Origin: a bacterium | GTDB lineage: Bacteria; UBA8248 | Reading direction: 5' to 3' | DNA: 64,000 nucleotides | NCBI GenBank assembly: GCA_965261085.1 | Contig: OZ253442.1 | Location: 3,136,001 to 3,200,000, forward strand | Notes under the pieces: generated by a model | The model's input: the letters and a program-made list of their open reading frames with translations, nothing else | Database searches by the model: none | Told to the model about the DNA's origin: nothing | Made by a program: the position numbers and the translations under genes | Shown here: positions 48,680-57,368 of the stretch, one piece after another | How the letters are laid out: every line of letters begins with the position of its first letter | How positions within the stretch are numbered: position 1 is the stretch's first letter

Positions 48680-49756
48680 TCAGCCTCCCACCCGCGCCCC
48701 GGTGTCGCCGTCGAACAGATGGGCGTTGTCCATGTCGAAGAACACCCGGATGCCCTCTCCCACCTGAGCGCGAAAATGGCCCTCTTCTTTCACGGTGAGG
48801 ACCTCTCCACCCAAATCGAGGGCGACGAAGGTGTCCGAGCCCAGGGGCTCGACGAGCTCCACCCGGCCCTCGCCGGAGACGAGGCGCGCGCCCCCGTCCT
48901 GAAAACCCAGATGCTCGGGGCGGAAGCCGAGAGTGTAGGCGTCTTCCTCGCGGCACCCTTCCGGCAGGGGGAAGCGCAGGGCGCCCGCATCCAGTTCGAG
49001 CCGTCCCTCCGCCCGGCGGACGCAGCCCTCGATGAAGTTCATGGCCGGGCTACCGAGGAACCCCGCCACGAAGCGGTTGACGGGGCGGTCGTAGAGCTCG
49101 ATGGGGGGGCCCACCTGGAGTATCTTCCCCTCGTCCATCACGACGATGCGGTCGCCCATCGTCATCGCCTCGGTCTGGTCGTGGGTGACGTAGATGGAAG
49201 TGGTGCCCAGGCGGCGCTGAAGTTTGCGGATCTCGGCCCGGGCGGTGACGCGGAGCTTGGCGTCGAGGTTGCTCAGGGGTTCGTCGAAGAGGAAGGCGAC
49301 CGGGTCGCGCACGATGGCCCGGCAGACCGCCACGCGCTGCCGCTGGCCGCCGGAGAGCTGGCGGGGCTTGCGGTGGAGGAGGTCTTCGAGCCCCATGAGG
49401 GCGGCGGCCTCCTTGACGCGGCGGTCGATGTCGCCCTGGGAAATCCGCCGGACGCGCAGGCCAAAGGCCATGTTTTCATAGACCGTCATGTGGGGGTAAA
49501 GGGCGTAGTTCTGGAACACCATGGCCATGTTGCGATCCTTGGCGGGAATCTCGTTCACGCGCTCGCCCGACACGCGGATCTCGCCGTCGGTGGGAAACTC
49601 CAGCCCGGCCACCATGCGCAGCGTCGTCGTCTTCCCGCAGCCCGAAGGCCCCACCAGAACGAGGAACTCCCCCTCGGCCACTTCGAGGTCGATCCCGTCC
49701 ACGGCGCGCACGCTGCCGAAGTGCTTGCTCAGGTTCTCGATGCTGACGGTGCTCAA
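48680..49756 (-). CDS. Sugar-type (CUT1) ABC ATPase, MalK/UgpC-like
   Basis: GPSGCGKT, VFQNYALYPHM, LSGGQRQR and DEPLSNLD motifs; TOBE tail. Confidence 0.94.
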   Translation of the reverse strand: MSTVSIENLSKHFGSVRAVDGIDLEVAEGEFLVLVGPSGCGKTTTLRMVAGLEFPTDGEIRVSGERVNEIPAKDRNMAMVFQNYALYPHMTVYENMAFGLRVRRISQGDIDRRVKEAAALMGLEDLLHRKPRQLSGGQRQRVAVCRAIVRDPVAFLFDEPLSNLDAKLRVTARAEIRKLQRRLGTTSIYVTHDQTEAMTMGDRIVVMDEGKILQVGPPIELYDRPVNRFVAGFLGSPAMNFIEGCVRRAEGRLELDAGALRFPLPEGCREEDAYTLGFRPEHLGFQDGGARLVSGEGRVELVEPLGSDTFVALDLGGEVLTVKEEGHFRAQVGEGIRVFFDMDNAHLFDGDTGARVGG

Positions 49757-49767
49757 GTCGACTCCTC

Positions 49768-50616
49768 CTACTTCACCGCTCCGGCCGTGAGGGCGCGGAT
49801 GAGATAGCGCTGCATGAAAAAGCCCACGAGCAGGGCAGGCAGCATGATCAGCGTCGCCAGGGTGGACATGTCCTGCCAGAAGACCTGCATCTCGCCCATG
49901 GTCTCCGCCAGCCGGACGGGGATGGTCCGCGCGTGCACGTTCGTCAGCATGAACGCGAACATGAACTCGTTCCAGGCCAGCAGGAAGACGAAGATGGAGG
50001 TCGCGGCGATACCCGAGGACGCGAGGGGAAAGGTCACCCGCGCCAGGGTGCGCAGCGCGCCGCAGCCGTCCAGGGCGGCGGCTTCTTCGAGTTCTTTCGG
50101 AATGCCGTCAAAAAACGCCTTCATCAGCCAGGTGGCGAAGGGGATGTTGAGGGCGGTGTAGATGAGGATCAGGATGAACCGCGTATCGAGTATCTCGAGG
50201 TAGCGGAACAGCAGATAGAGCGGGACCACCGCGGTGACGGGCGGCAGGAGGCGCGTGGCCAGCATGAAGAATAGCAGGTAGTTCGACGCCCGGAAGCGGT
50301 AGCGCGAGAACGCGTAGGCCGCCAGGGAGGAGACCAGCAGGGTGATAAAGGTCGTGACCACCGCGATCAAGGTGCTGTTCCAGATGAACCGGAGGGCGGA
50401 TTCGTTTCCGACCCCGAGGAACTTCCAGTATGAGGAGAAATCCGGGATCACGAAGACCTGGGGCGGAATGCTGAAGATGGCGGTCTCGTTCTTCACCGAG
50501 GTGAGCATGATCCAGACGATCGGAAACAGGCTGAACGCGAGGAGGACCATCATCGCCCCGCGCGCCGCCGGGAAGGAGGGGATCCCCGGCCCGATCTGTT
50601 GTTCGCCCCGCGCCAT
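49768..50616 (-). CDS. Carbohydrate ABC permease (MalG-like)
   Basis: IPKELEEAAALDG EAA loop; AWNEF motif. Confidence 0.92.
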   Translation of the reverse strand: MARGEQQIGPGIPSFPAARGAMMVLLAFSLFPIVWIMLTSVKNETAIFSIPPQVFVIPDFSSYWKFLGVGNESALRFIWNSTLIAVVTTFITLLVSSLAAYAFSRYRFRASNYLLFFMLATRLLPPVTAVVPLYLLFRYLEILDTRFILILIYTALNIPFATWLMKAFFDGIPKELEEAAALDGCGALRTLARVTFPLASSGIAATSIFVFLLAWNEFMFAFMLTNVHARTIPVRLAETMGEMQVFWQDMSTLATLIMLPALLVGFFMQRYLIRALTAGAVK

Positions 50617-50619
50617 CGC

Positions 50620-51549
50620 CTAGCCGTCCCTGTCCTGAATGAGCCGCAGGTAGGCGAACGCGATCCCCGCGCCGAGCACGAGGAGGACGACCGAGGTGGC
50701 CGCCGCGTTGCCCACGTCGAAATAGCGAAAATAAGTGCGCTGAATGAGCAGGCCGTAGGGCATGGTGGACGTCCCGGGGCCTCCCTCGGTGAGAATGTAG
50801 GGAATGTCGAACACCCGCAGCTTGAAAATGGTCTGAAACAGCAGCGCCACCACCAGCGGGGGAAGTATGAGCGGAAATGTGATCCGCCGGAACACCTGTA
50901 TGCGGTTCGCGCCGTCCACGTGGGCGGCCTCGAATACATCGTTGGGCAGGGCGGTAATGCCCGCCAGGAGGATCATGGTGACGAAGGGCGTCGAGCGCCA
51001 GACCTCGCATATCACGATGGCCCAGAAGGCGGGCCCGGTCTCGGCGAGCCAGTTCACCTTGGCGATCCCCACGAGGGTGATGAGGAAGTTCACGATGCCG
51101 ATATCGCGGTCCCACATGAGCCGCCAGCCGAGACCCACCGCGATGGGAGCGACCATATAGGGGGTGAGGAGAAAAGAAGTCATGAGCCGCCGGCCGCGCA
51201 CCAGGCCGTAGAGCAGAAGAGCGCTCGCCACCCCCAGGATGAACTCCAGAGCGATGGTGGCCACGGTGAAGCCCAGGCTGAAGCGGGTCACCTGCCAGAA
51301 GTCGGGGTCGACCGTGAGCAGGCGGACGTAGTTCGAAAGGCCGACGAAGCTCGAGAGATGGGGCGTGGTGAGGCGCCATTTCCACATGGAGAGATAGATG
51401 TTGTAGATGGAGGGATAGACCAGTATTCCGCCGAGGATGACGAAGGCGGGCGCCATGAGCAGATAAGGCGCCATCGCCTGCTTTCGCGCGGGGGTGAGCC
51501 ACGCCCGGCCTCTCCTCCGCGCCGTTTCCTGAACGGCTCCTGTATTCAC
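50620..51549 (-). CDS. Carbohydrate ABC permease (MalF-like)
   Basis: FVGLSNY, WRSTPF, EAAHVDGA and GGPG motifs. Confidence 0.92.
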   Translation of the reverse strand: MNTGAVQETARRRGRAWLTPARKQAMAPYLLMAPAFVILGGILVYPSIYNIYLSMWKWRLTTPHLSSFVGLSNYVRLLTVDPDFWQVTRFSLGFTVATIALEFILGVASALLLYGLVRGRRLMTSFLLTPYMVAPIAVGLGWRLMWDRDIGIVNFLITLVGIAKVNWLAETGPAFWAIVICEVWRSTPFVTMILLAGITALPNDVFEAAHVDGANRIQVFRRITFPLILPPLVVALLFQTIFKLRVFDIPYILTEGGPGTSTMPYGLLIQRTYFRYFDVGNAAATSVVLLVLGAGIAFAYLRLIQDRDG

Positions 51550-51605
51550 GACCCTCTCCGTCCCTCCGCCTGCGGCCGCTTCCTGCGGATGAAGAACCAG
51601 GCCCT

Positions 51606-51639
51606 CCCCCGGGAGGATGAATCGACCTCCTCCCGGGGG
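51606..51639. other. Intercistronic 12-bp stem-loop after the binding-protein gene
   Basis: CCCCCGGGAGGA-N10-TCCTCCCGGGGG; typical position for an mRNA-stabilising hairpin. Confidence 0.5.
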
Positions 51640-51675
51640 GTGCGCCTCCGCGTCCGTCTTCCGGCCACGGGCGTT

Positions 51676-52947
51676 TTACTTCAGAACCGCACTGATTTGC
51701 TTGCAGGCGTCCTGCATGGCCTGCTTGGCGCTCTTCTTCTTCTGCAGGAAGTTGATGACTTCCTGCGAGGTGGCGTCGCTGATCTCCGACGCGCGTGGAT
51801 GCTGGGCGGCGCCGCTTCCCCTGCTGAGGGCGGTCAGCCACGCCTTCGCCACCGGAAACCTCTTTAGATAGTCCGCGTTGGTGTAGACCGAACTGCGGAT
51901 GGGGCCGTTCGCCCATTGAAGGGCGCCCCGGAGTTGGTTCTTCTTGTTGCTGAGCGCCATGATGAGCTCCCAGGCCGCCGCTTTATTTTTGCTCTTCTTA
52001 TCCATGATGAGGTACCAGCCGCCGTTCAGGGTGGCGCCGCGGTTCTTCCCGTCCATCGAGGGGACGAGGAACCAGCCCAGCTTGTCGGCCGTCTTGGACT
52101 TCTTGGGGTTGGTCATCAGGCCCCAGTAGGGGGAGAAGTACACCCCCATGGCCGCGCGGCCCTGCATCATGGCTGTGCGGTATTCGTCCCGCCCCCAGGC
52201 CAGCATGTCGGGAGGGGACCAGCCGCTCTGGAAGGGTTTACCGAAGATTTCGAGCATCTTGATCGAATCGGCGCGGTCGAGCAGGCAGGTCTTGTTGTCG
52301 GCGGAGAGCACGCCGTGGCCCGTGCTGTGGAGATAGCGCAGGAAATCCTGCTCCACGTGGACGCCGGGCTTTCCGCGTTGGACGACGCCGTAGACCTTGC
52401 CGGGCTGGTTCAGCTTCTCGGCCGCGGCGAGAAACTCGTCCCAGGTTTTGGGAATCGAGACTTTGGCCGCCGCGAAGAGGTCCTTGCGGTAGTAGACGAT
52501 TCCCGTTCCCGTCCGGTAGGGAACTCCGTAGGAGGGCCCATTAGGTTTGGGAAAGCGGGTGGTCGCCGAGAGGGCGGGGATGATGTCCCCAAAGGCGTAT
52601 TCCGCCGGAGCGCTCTTGATGTATGTGTCCAGCGGTTCGAGAAAGCCGATGGTTTCGGGGTTGACCCACGCGTCCACCCAGGACACCACGTCGAACTGCC
52701 CGCCCCCGGCCGCGAAGGAAAGCACCGCTTTGTCCTTGATCTTCCCGTAGGGGGTGGTCACCACGGTCACCTTGATGCCCATTTCCTTCTCGAGGTCGGC
52801 CACGACGCCCTTCGGCCCGCCCGCCGCCTTGAACAGGGTCGGGTGGATGAGGAGGGTGACCTTCTTGGCCGCCGCGGCGGGCAGCGCGAGCCCCGCTACG
52901 AGGGCGGCCACGGCAACAAGGCACAGCCAGCGTCTGGAACGTTTCAT
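51676..52947 (-). CDS. ABC substrate-binding protein, family 1
   Basis: Signal peptide, YYRKDLF, PKTWDEF and GGW motifs; ATG 52947 with GGAGG RBS. Confidence 0.9.
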   Translation of the reverse strand: MKRSRRWLCLVAVAALVAGLALPAAAAKKVTLLIHPTLFKAAGGPKGVVADLEKEMGIKVTVVTTPYGKIKDKAVLSFAAGGGQFDVVSWVDAWVNPETIGFLEPLDTYIKSAPAEYAFGDIIPALSATTRFPKPNGPSYGVPYRTGTGIVYYRKDLFAAAKVSIPKTWDEFLAAAEKLNQPGKVYGVVQRGKPGVHVEQDFLRYLHSTGHGVLSADNKTCLLDRADSIKMLEIFGKPFQSGWSPPDMLAWGRDEYRTAMMQGRAAMGVYFSPYWGLMTNPKKSKTADKLGWFLVPSMDGKNRGATLNGGWYLIMDKKSKNKAAAWELIMALSNKKNQLRGALQWANGPIRSSVYTNADYLKRFPVAKAWLTALSRGSGAAQHPRASEISDATSQEVINFLQKKKSAKQAMQDACKQISAVLK

Positions 52948-52999
52948 CGTTTTTCCTCCCTTTTCTGGGTAATCGGATGATGCGAATTCCAAGGAGCGG

Positions 53000-54385
53000 T
53001 CATACCACCGCTCCATCCTGGCGAAGCTTATCCCGCAGGGGCTCGACCGGCAGTTCGCGCGGGGTCGTCCTGCGCTCCACGCACATGGCCGCCGCCGTAC
53101 CCGCCGCCTGGCCGATGGTCATGATGTGGGCCTGGTTGCGCACGGAGCCGTTCGCGAAGCGGTCGCTCGAGACGGGCCGGCCCGCCACGAGGCAGTTCTC
53201 TATCTTCTGGGGGAGCATGACGCCGTAGGGAATGCCGTAGGACTCGCCGTCCCTGATGTGCTTGTGCTCGATCACGCCGGAGGGCTGGTGGACGTCCAGG
53301 CAATAGGCCCCCTGGCCGATGTCGCGCGGCCCCTTGCGCGCCTCGACGCAATCCTCGGTGGTGAGGGTCTCCTCACCCACGATGCGGCGCGTCTCGCGCA
53401 CCCCGATGGCCGAGGCCGAATCCATGACGTAGCACTCCTCGAAGCCGGGCGCGTATTTGCGGTAGAAATCGCGCACCTTGAATATCTGCTCGCGGCCCTC
53501 GATGGCGACCTGGTTCAGATCGTCGTTGTCGATCCCGCTGTAGCCCAGCATGCTCGTCGAGTTGATGGTGACCACGCCGGGAATGTTGGTGATGGAGAAC
53601 ACCACCCGCTGTCTGTTCGGGTGAAACTCCCCGCGCGACTGGGCGAGCTTGACCGACTCGTAATAGCCGGTGACGAGGGGGTAGTCCTTATGGGTGCGAA
53701 GCCCTGCGGCGATTTCCTCGCGGCTCTTCCCGATATAGGGGTCCTCTCCGAGCATGAAATTACGCGGGTTGGCCTTGACGTGCTGGATATGCCGGTCCAG
53801 GTCCACGTTCCCCATGCGGGAGAAGAGGCTGATGGACATCATCTGGCCCTCTTCGTTCCCGAGGTGGAAGGGCGCGCCCGCCTGCGCGGCGATGTCCGCG
53901 TCCCCGCTCGCGTCGATGACGATTTGCGCGCGGATATCACTCTCCCCGCTCTTGTTCACGATGCGCGCGCCGGCCACCCTGTCGCCATCCATGACGGGTC
54001 CGATGGTGTAGGTGTTCAGCACCAGGTCCACCCCTGCGTCCAGGCAGAGCTTCTGGTTCACGAGCTTGAGCACTTCGCCGTCCTGGGGCGTTACGGAGTA
54101 GGAGTTGCCATAAGCGTTGTGGAGGTGGCCCTCCGGAAAGGCGCCGCCCAGCCGGATGAGCTCGTCCACGATCTCCTGGGGGATGCCGTTGCAGATTTGC
54201 TCCCCCTTCATGTTGTGGAAGGTGAGGAAGTTGCCGAGAAGGCCCGCTGTCGCGTTGCCTCCCAGGAAGGCGTAGCGATCCGTGAGGACGGTGCGCGCTC
54301 CATGGCGCGCCGCGGCGATCGCGGCGCACACACCGGCCATGCCTGCTCCCACGACGAGGACGTCGACGTTGCTCCTATCGGCCAT
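53000..54385 (-). CDS. FAD-dependent oxidoreductase (FAD_oxidored family)
   Basis: DVLVVGAGMAG, LGGNAT.G, IDASGDAD, GVRETRRI.G, VAGRPVS and GQAAG motifs; ATG 54385. Confidence 0.9.
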   Translation of the reverse strand: MADRSNVDVLVVGAGMAGVCAAIAAARHGARTVLTDRYAFLGGNATAGLLGNFLTFHNMKGEQICNGIPQEIVDELIRLGGAFPEGHLHNAYGNSYSVTPQDGEVLKLVNQKLCLDAGVDLVLNTYTIGPVMDGDRVAGARIVNKSGESDIRAQIVIDASGDADIAAQAGAPFHLGNEEGQMMSISLFSRMGNVDLDRHIQHVKANPRNFMLGEDPYIGKSREEIAAGLRTHKDYPLVTGYYESVKLAQSRGEFHPNRQRVVFSITNIPGVVTINSTSMLGYSGIDNDDLNQVAIEGREQIFKVRDFYRKYAPGFEECYVMDSASAIGVRETRRIVGEETLTTEDCVEARKGPRDIGQGAYCLDVHQPSGVIEHKHIRDGESYGIPYGVMLPQKIENCLVAGRPVSSDRFANGSVRNQAHIMTIGQAAGTAAAMCVERRTTPRELPVEPLRDKLRQDGAVV

Positions 54386-54470
54386 CGGTGTCTCCTTTTC
54401 TCTCCGAGTAAACCTCCGCCGGGAGGCGTTGTCAGTCTTTCGCGCGGGGTCTCCCCCCGCCGTATCCCGC

Positions 54471-55505
54471 CTAGTCCCGTATCGGCTTCGTGACCGCCCG
54501 GGTCTCGCCGTAGGTGGGGAAGAAAAGCGTGTGGCTCCCTGGCCCCCCCGCCACAGCGAGGAGAATGTTTTCCGGCCCATCCACCACCGGAACGGCCTCG
54601 GGTCCCGAGTCCGCAAAAAGCTGCGGACGCCTGCCCCGCACGCGCTCGGCGATCTCGGGTGAAAAACTCGAGAGCGGCACCCACGCTTGTTCGAAGAGCG
54701 CGCGCTGCACGTCCTCGCGGCCCATGCCGCCCGAGGCGAGGAGACCTAGGTGCTGGGGGCTGATGACGAGGAGCACCTCGCCGCCGCCCTGGGCGTTGTT
54801 CGAGCCGGGGTAGGCCATCGTGCCGGCTATCATGCGGAGCACGCTTTCTGCGCTGCCGCTCGCGTAATCGTTCACGTTCACCGGGGCGTCCGCACCCACC
54901 ACCGTCACCGCGCTTTGTTCCGCGCGAAAGCCCCGCGTCGTATGGAGCGGCTCCCAGCCGCAGGCCGCCTCGGTGAAACACGCGGAGAACTTACCCCCGT
55001 GGCCGAAAGTGGCCATGTCGGTCTCGCCGGGCACCGCCATCCCCAGCCGCACGGCGGCCAGGCGGACGGCGCGGCCGATGGTGGCGTTCGCCCTAAAGCC
55101 CGGCCCCAGGCATCCGCTCCCCGAATGCATCCCGAGCCGCTCGGCAATCGGCCCGTGGACGATCACCAAAGGGGAGGCGAGTTCGGTAGTCGCCTGGACG
55201 GCCAGGAAATTGAACTCAGGTTCCATAACGGCTTCGAGCGCCGCCAGAACCACCGGGAAGTACGCCGGCTTGCACCCCGCGATAACCGCGCAGAGGGCCG
55301 CATCTCCAACCGTCACCTCTTCCATGCCGGGCGCCATGATCCCCAGAACGTGGCCGGAACCCTCCTGCACGGCGGCGAGCATGGCGTCGACCGCTCTGCG
55401 CGTGGGGGGGATAAGGGGAAGTCCGTCGCCCGGCCCTGCCTCCATCGCGGCTTCGAGGGCGGCTTCCGCACCTGGCGGCAGTTCACTCAGCAGCGCCTCG
55501 GGCAT
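54471..55505 (-). CDS. Uncharacterised protein, paralog of the selenoprotein C-terminal domain
   Basis: DGLPLIPPT, AGCKP, GPGFRANATIGRA, WEPLH..RGF and AGGPG.H motifs. Confidence 0.8.
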   Translation of the reverse strand: MPEALLSELPPGAEAALEAAMEAGPGDGLPLIPPTRRAVDAMLAAVQEGSGHVLGIMAPGMEEVTVGDAALCAVIAGCKPAYFPVVLAALEAVMEPEFNFLAVQATTELASPLVIVHGPIAERLGMHSGSGCLGPGFRANATIGRAVRLAAVRLGMAVPGETDMATFGHGGKFSACFTEAACGWEPLHTTRGFRAEQSAVTVVGADAPVNVNDYASGSAESVLRMIAGTMAYPGSNNAQGGGEVLLVISPQHLGLLASGGMGREDVQRALFEQAWVPLSSFSPEIAERVRGRRPQLFADSGPEAVPVVDGPENILLAVAGGPGSHTLFFPTYGETRAVTKPIRD

Positions 55506-55508
55506 GGT

Positions 55509-57116
55509 CTAGTCGATCTTCCGCGTGATGGATCGGTGGTTCAGCGCGCCCGGAGCAAGGAGGGAGTTCGGCCCCGCGCCGCCGTGCACCAAGATGGTGA
55601 TGTCGTCCTTGTCCTCGACGAAGGGCATCGTCGCGCCCTCCACCGTGTTCACTCCGTAGAGCATCTGCTTCCAGTCGCTCCAGCGCTCCCGTGATTCGGG
55701 GGGATAGGCCTGGACCGGAACCCGGTAGACCTCATAGAGGAAATCGCGCACGAGCTTCTTGTCGAACCCGGCCTCGGCGACCTTGTTCGCATGGGTGGGG
55801 CCGAAGATGAGCATGATCTCGCAGCGGCCGAACTGCGGCCGGGTGCCCGAGCAGGCGGCGACGGTCCCGAAGGTGCCCAGGATGCCTTGCGCGGTGAGCG
55901 CGCTGTGGTCGTCCACCATGTGGAGCGGTTCGGCGGTGAACACCGTCACCACGCTGTCCGTCTCGGAAAAACCCTTCTCCACGTGGAGCGGTTCCCAGGG
56001 GCTCTGCTCGACGTTCTCGGTGATGGCGTCGAAATACTTGGCGAAATGACCCTGGCATGTCGCGCCCCGGCTTTCCAGGTCGCCGATGCAGTTGAACATG
56101 ATGAGCTTGACCGCGCGGCCGATGGAGGCGTTCACCCCCCAGCCCTGCGCGCTCAAATCGCGCCCGTCGCTCATCCCGATCTCCCGGGCGATGGGGCCGC
56201 TCACCACGACGATGGGAAACAGGGTATGCGCCGTGGTGATGACGTGGTTGACGTGGTACTCCTCGGCCGCCATGGCCTGCACCGCCGTCACGAGGATGGG
56301 CATGGCTCCAGGCTTACAGCCCGCCATAATGGCGTTGGCCGCGATGCGCTCGACGGTGATGTCCGCGAGCCTCGGCATGAGGCGGGTGATGACCTCATCC
56401 CCCTTGCGGCCCGAGGCCGCCACGAACCTCTCCACCATTTCCAGGGTGGGGGGGATGATGGGCAGTCCGTCCGTCGCCCCCAGATCCAAGAGCGTTTGGT
56501 TAGCGCCGGCGGGGTCTCCGTCGATCGTGAGGACCCGCTCGATGGGGTCCTCCTCGGTCTCGGCGGCTCCTCCGTTCGCGGTGTTCATCCACTCGGCGGC
56601 CACCGAATCCACGCCGTTTTGCGCGATGCGCATCAGGGCGTCTCCGCCCTGGTGGGCCACGGAGTCATCCACGAGAAGTAGGCGGAGGTGGGGGGATTTG
56701 TAGGCGCGGGCGAAGCTGCGCGCCGCCGTCTCGAACCCGTTGCCCACCACCACGACGGTGGGGACGCCGCGTTTTTCCAGCTCGGCCGAGTCGTGGACAC
56801 TCCACGACGTGCAGCCCCCTCAGACCCCGAAGCCGGTCACCGCCACGTCGCAGTTCGAGGCGATCTCGTCCAGCGTTTCCTGCCCGGCGCCCTGGGCGGC
56901 CCAGCCCTTCTTGCGCACCAAGAGCTTCGCGTCGTGGCGCTGCGCGAAGGCTTCGCCGACGAAGTTCAGAAAATCACCCGCGTGGGGCATGCTGTTGTCG
57001 AGGAGGGCGATGCGGAGCCCGTCCAGGCCCGTCACCGTAGCGTCTGCGCGGGGGCCGTCATCCTGGGCCACGGCGGCGACGGGATTGATGATTTCGATTC
57101 GACTGTTTGCATCCAT
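55509..57116 (-). CDS. UGSC-type selenoprotein (Sec99, U-G-G-C) fused to a DGLP..PPT domain; 535 aa via TGA readthrough
   Basis: ATG 57116 with GGAGGGAG RBS; in-frame TGA at 56820-56822 continues GGCTSWSVHDSAELEKRGVPTVVV in frame into ORF 55509..56753; SECIS-like hairpin follows. Confidence 0.88.
56790..56808 (-). promoter_or_regulatory. Bacterial SECIS-like hairpin
   Basis: GUCGUGGA-GUG-UCCACGAC, a perfect 8-bp stem with a G-containing loop, starts 11 nt 3' of the UGA. Confidence 0.75.
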
Positions 57117-57191
57117 ACCCGAACTCCCTCCGAATATGCGGGGAACACGCACTCCGCTCCCTAGGGGACAGCCAGTGGTCTTCAATTTTTT

Positions 57192-57232
57192 TCAGATAAG
57201 GCACTTTATAGCAAAATCTGATCGCATGTCAA
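57192..57232 (-). promoter_or_regulatory. Sigma70 promoter of the selenoprotein operon with an overlapping inverted repeat
   Basis: Minus strand TTGACA-16 nt-TATAAA with extended TG; TCAGAT-N18-ATCTGA brackets the -10 box. Confidence 0.55.
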
Positions 57233-57368
57233 TTCTTCCGGGGGTGCGTCCGATGACTGCAGCCCGCTTTCCCCAGCCGAAAATTTTCATTCGGCACGAA
57301 ACGATATCAAGGCCAGGTCAAGGAGCCAGTATTGGAGGGCGCAGCACGTCACTATAGATAAACTTTCC

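Noticed and set aside
56820-56822. TGA as a true stop or pseudogene lesion
   Set aside because: The UxxC context, in-frame continuation and correctly placed hairpin favour selenocysteine.
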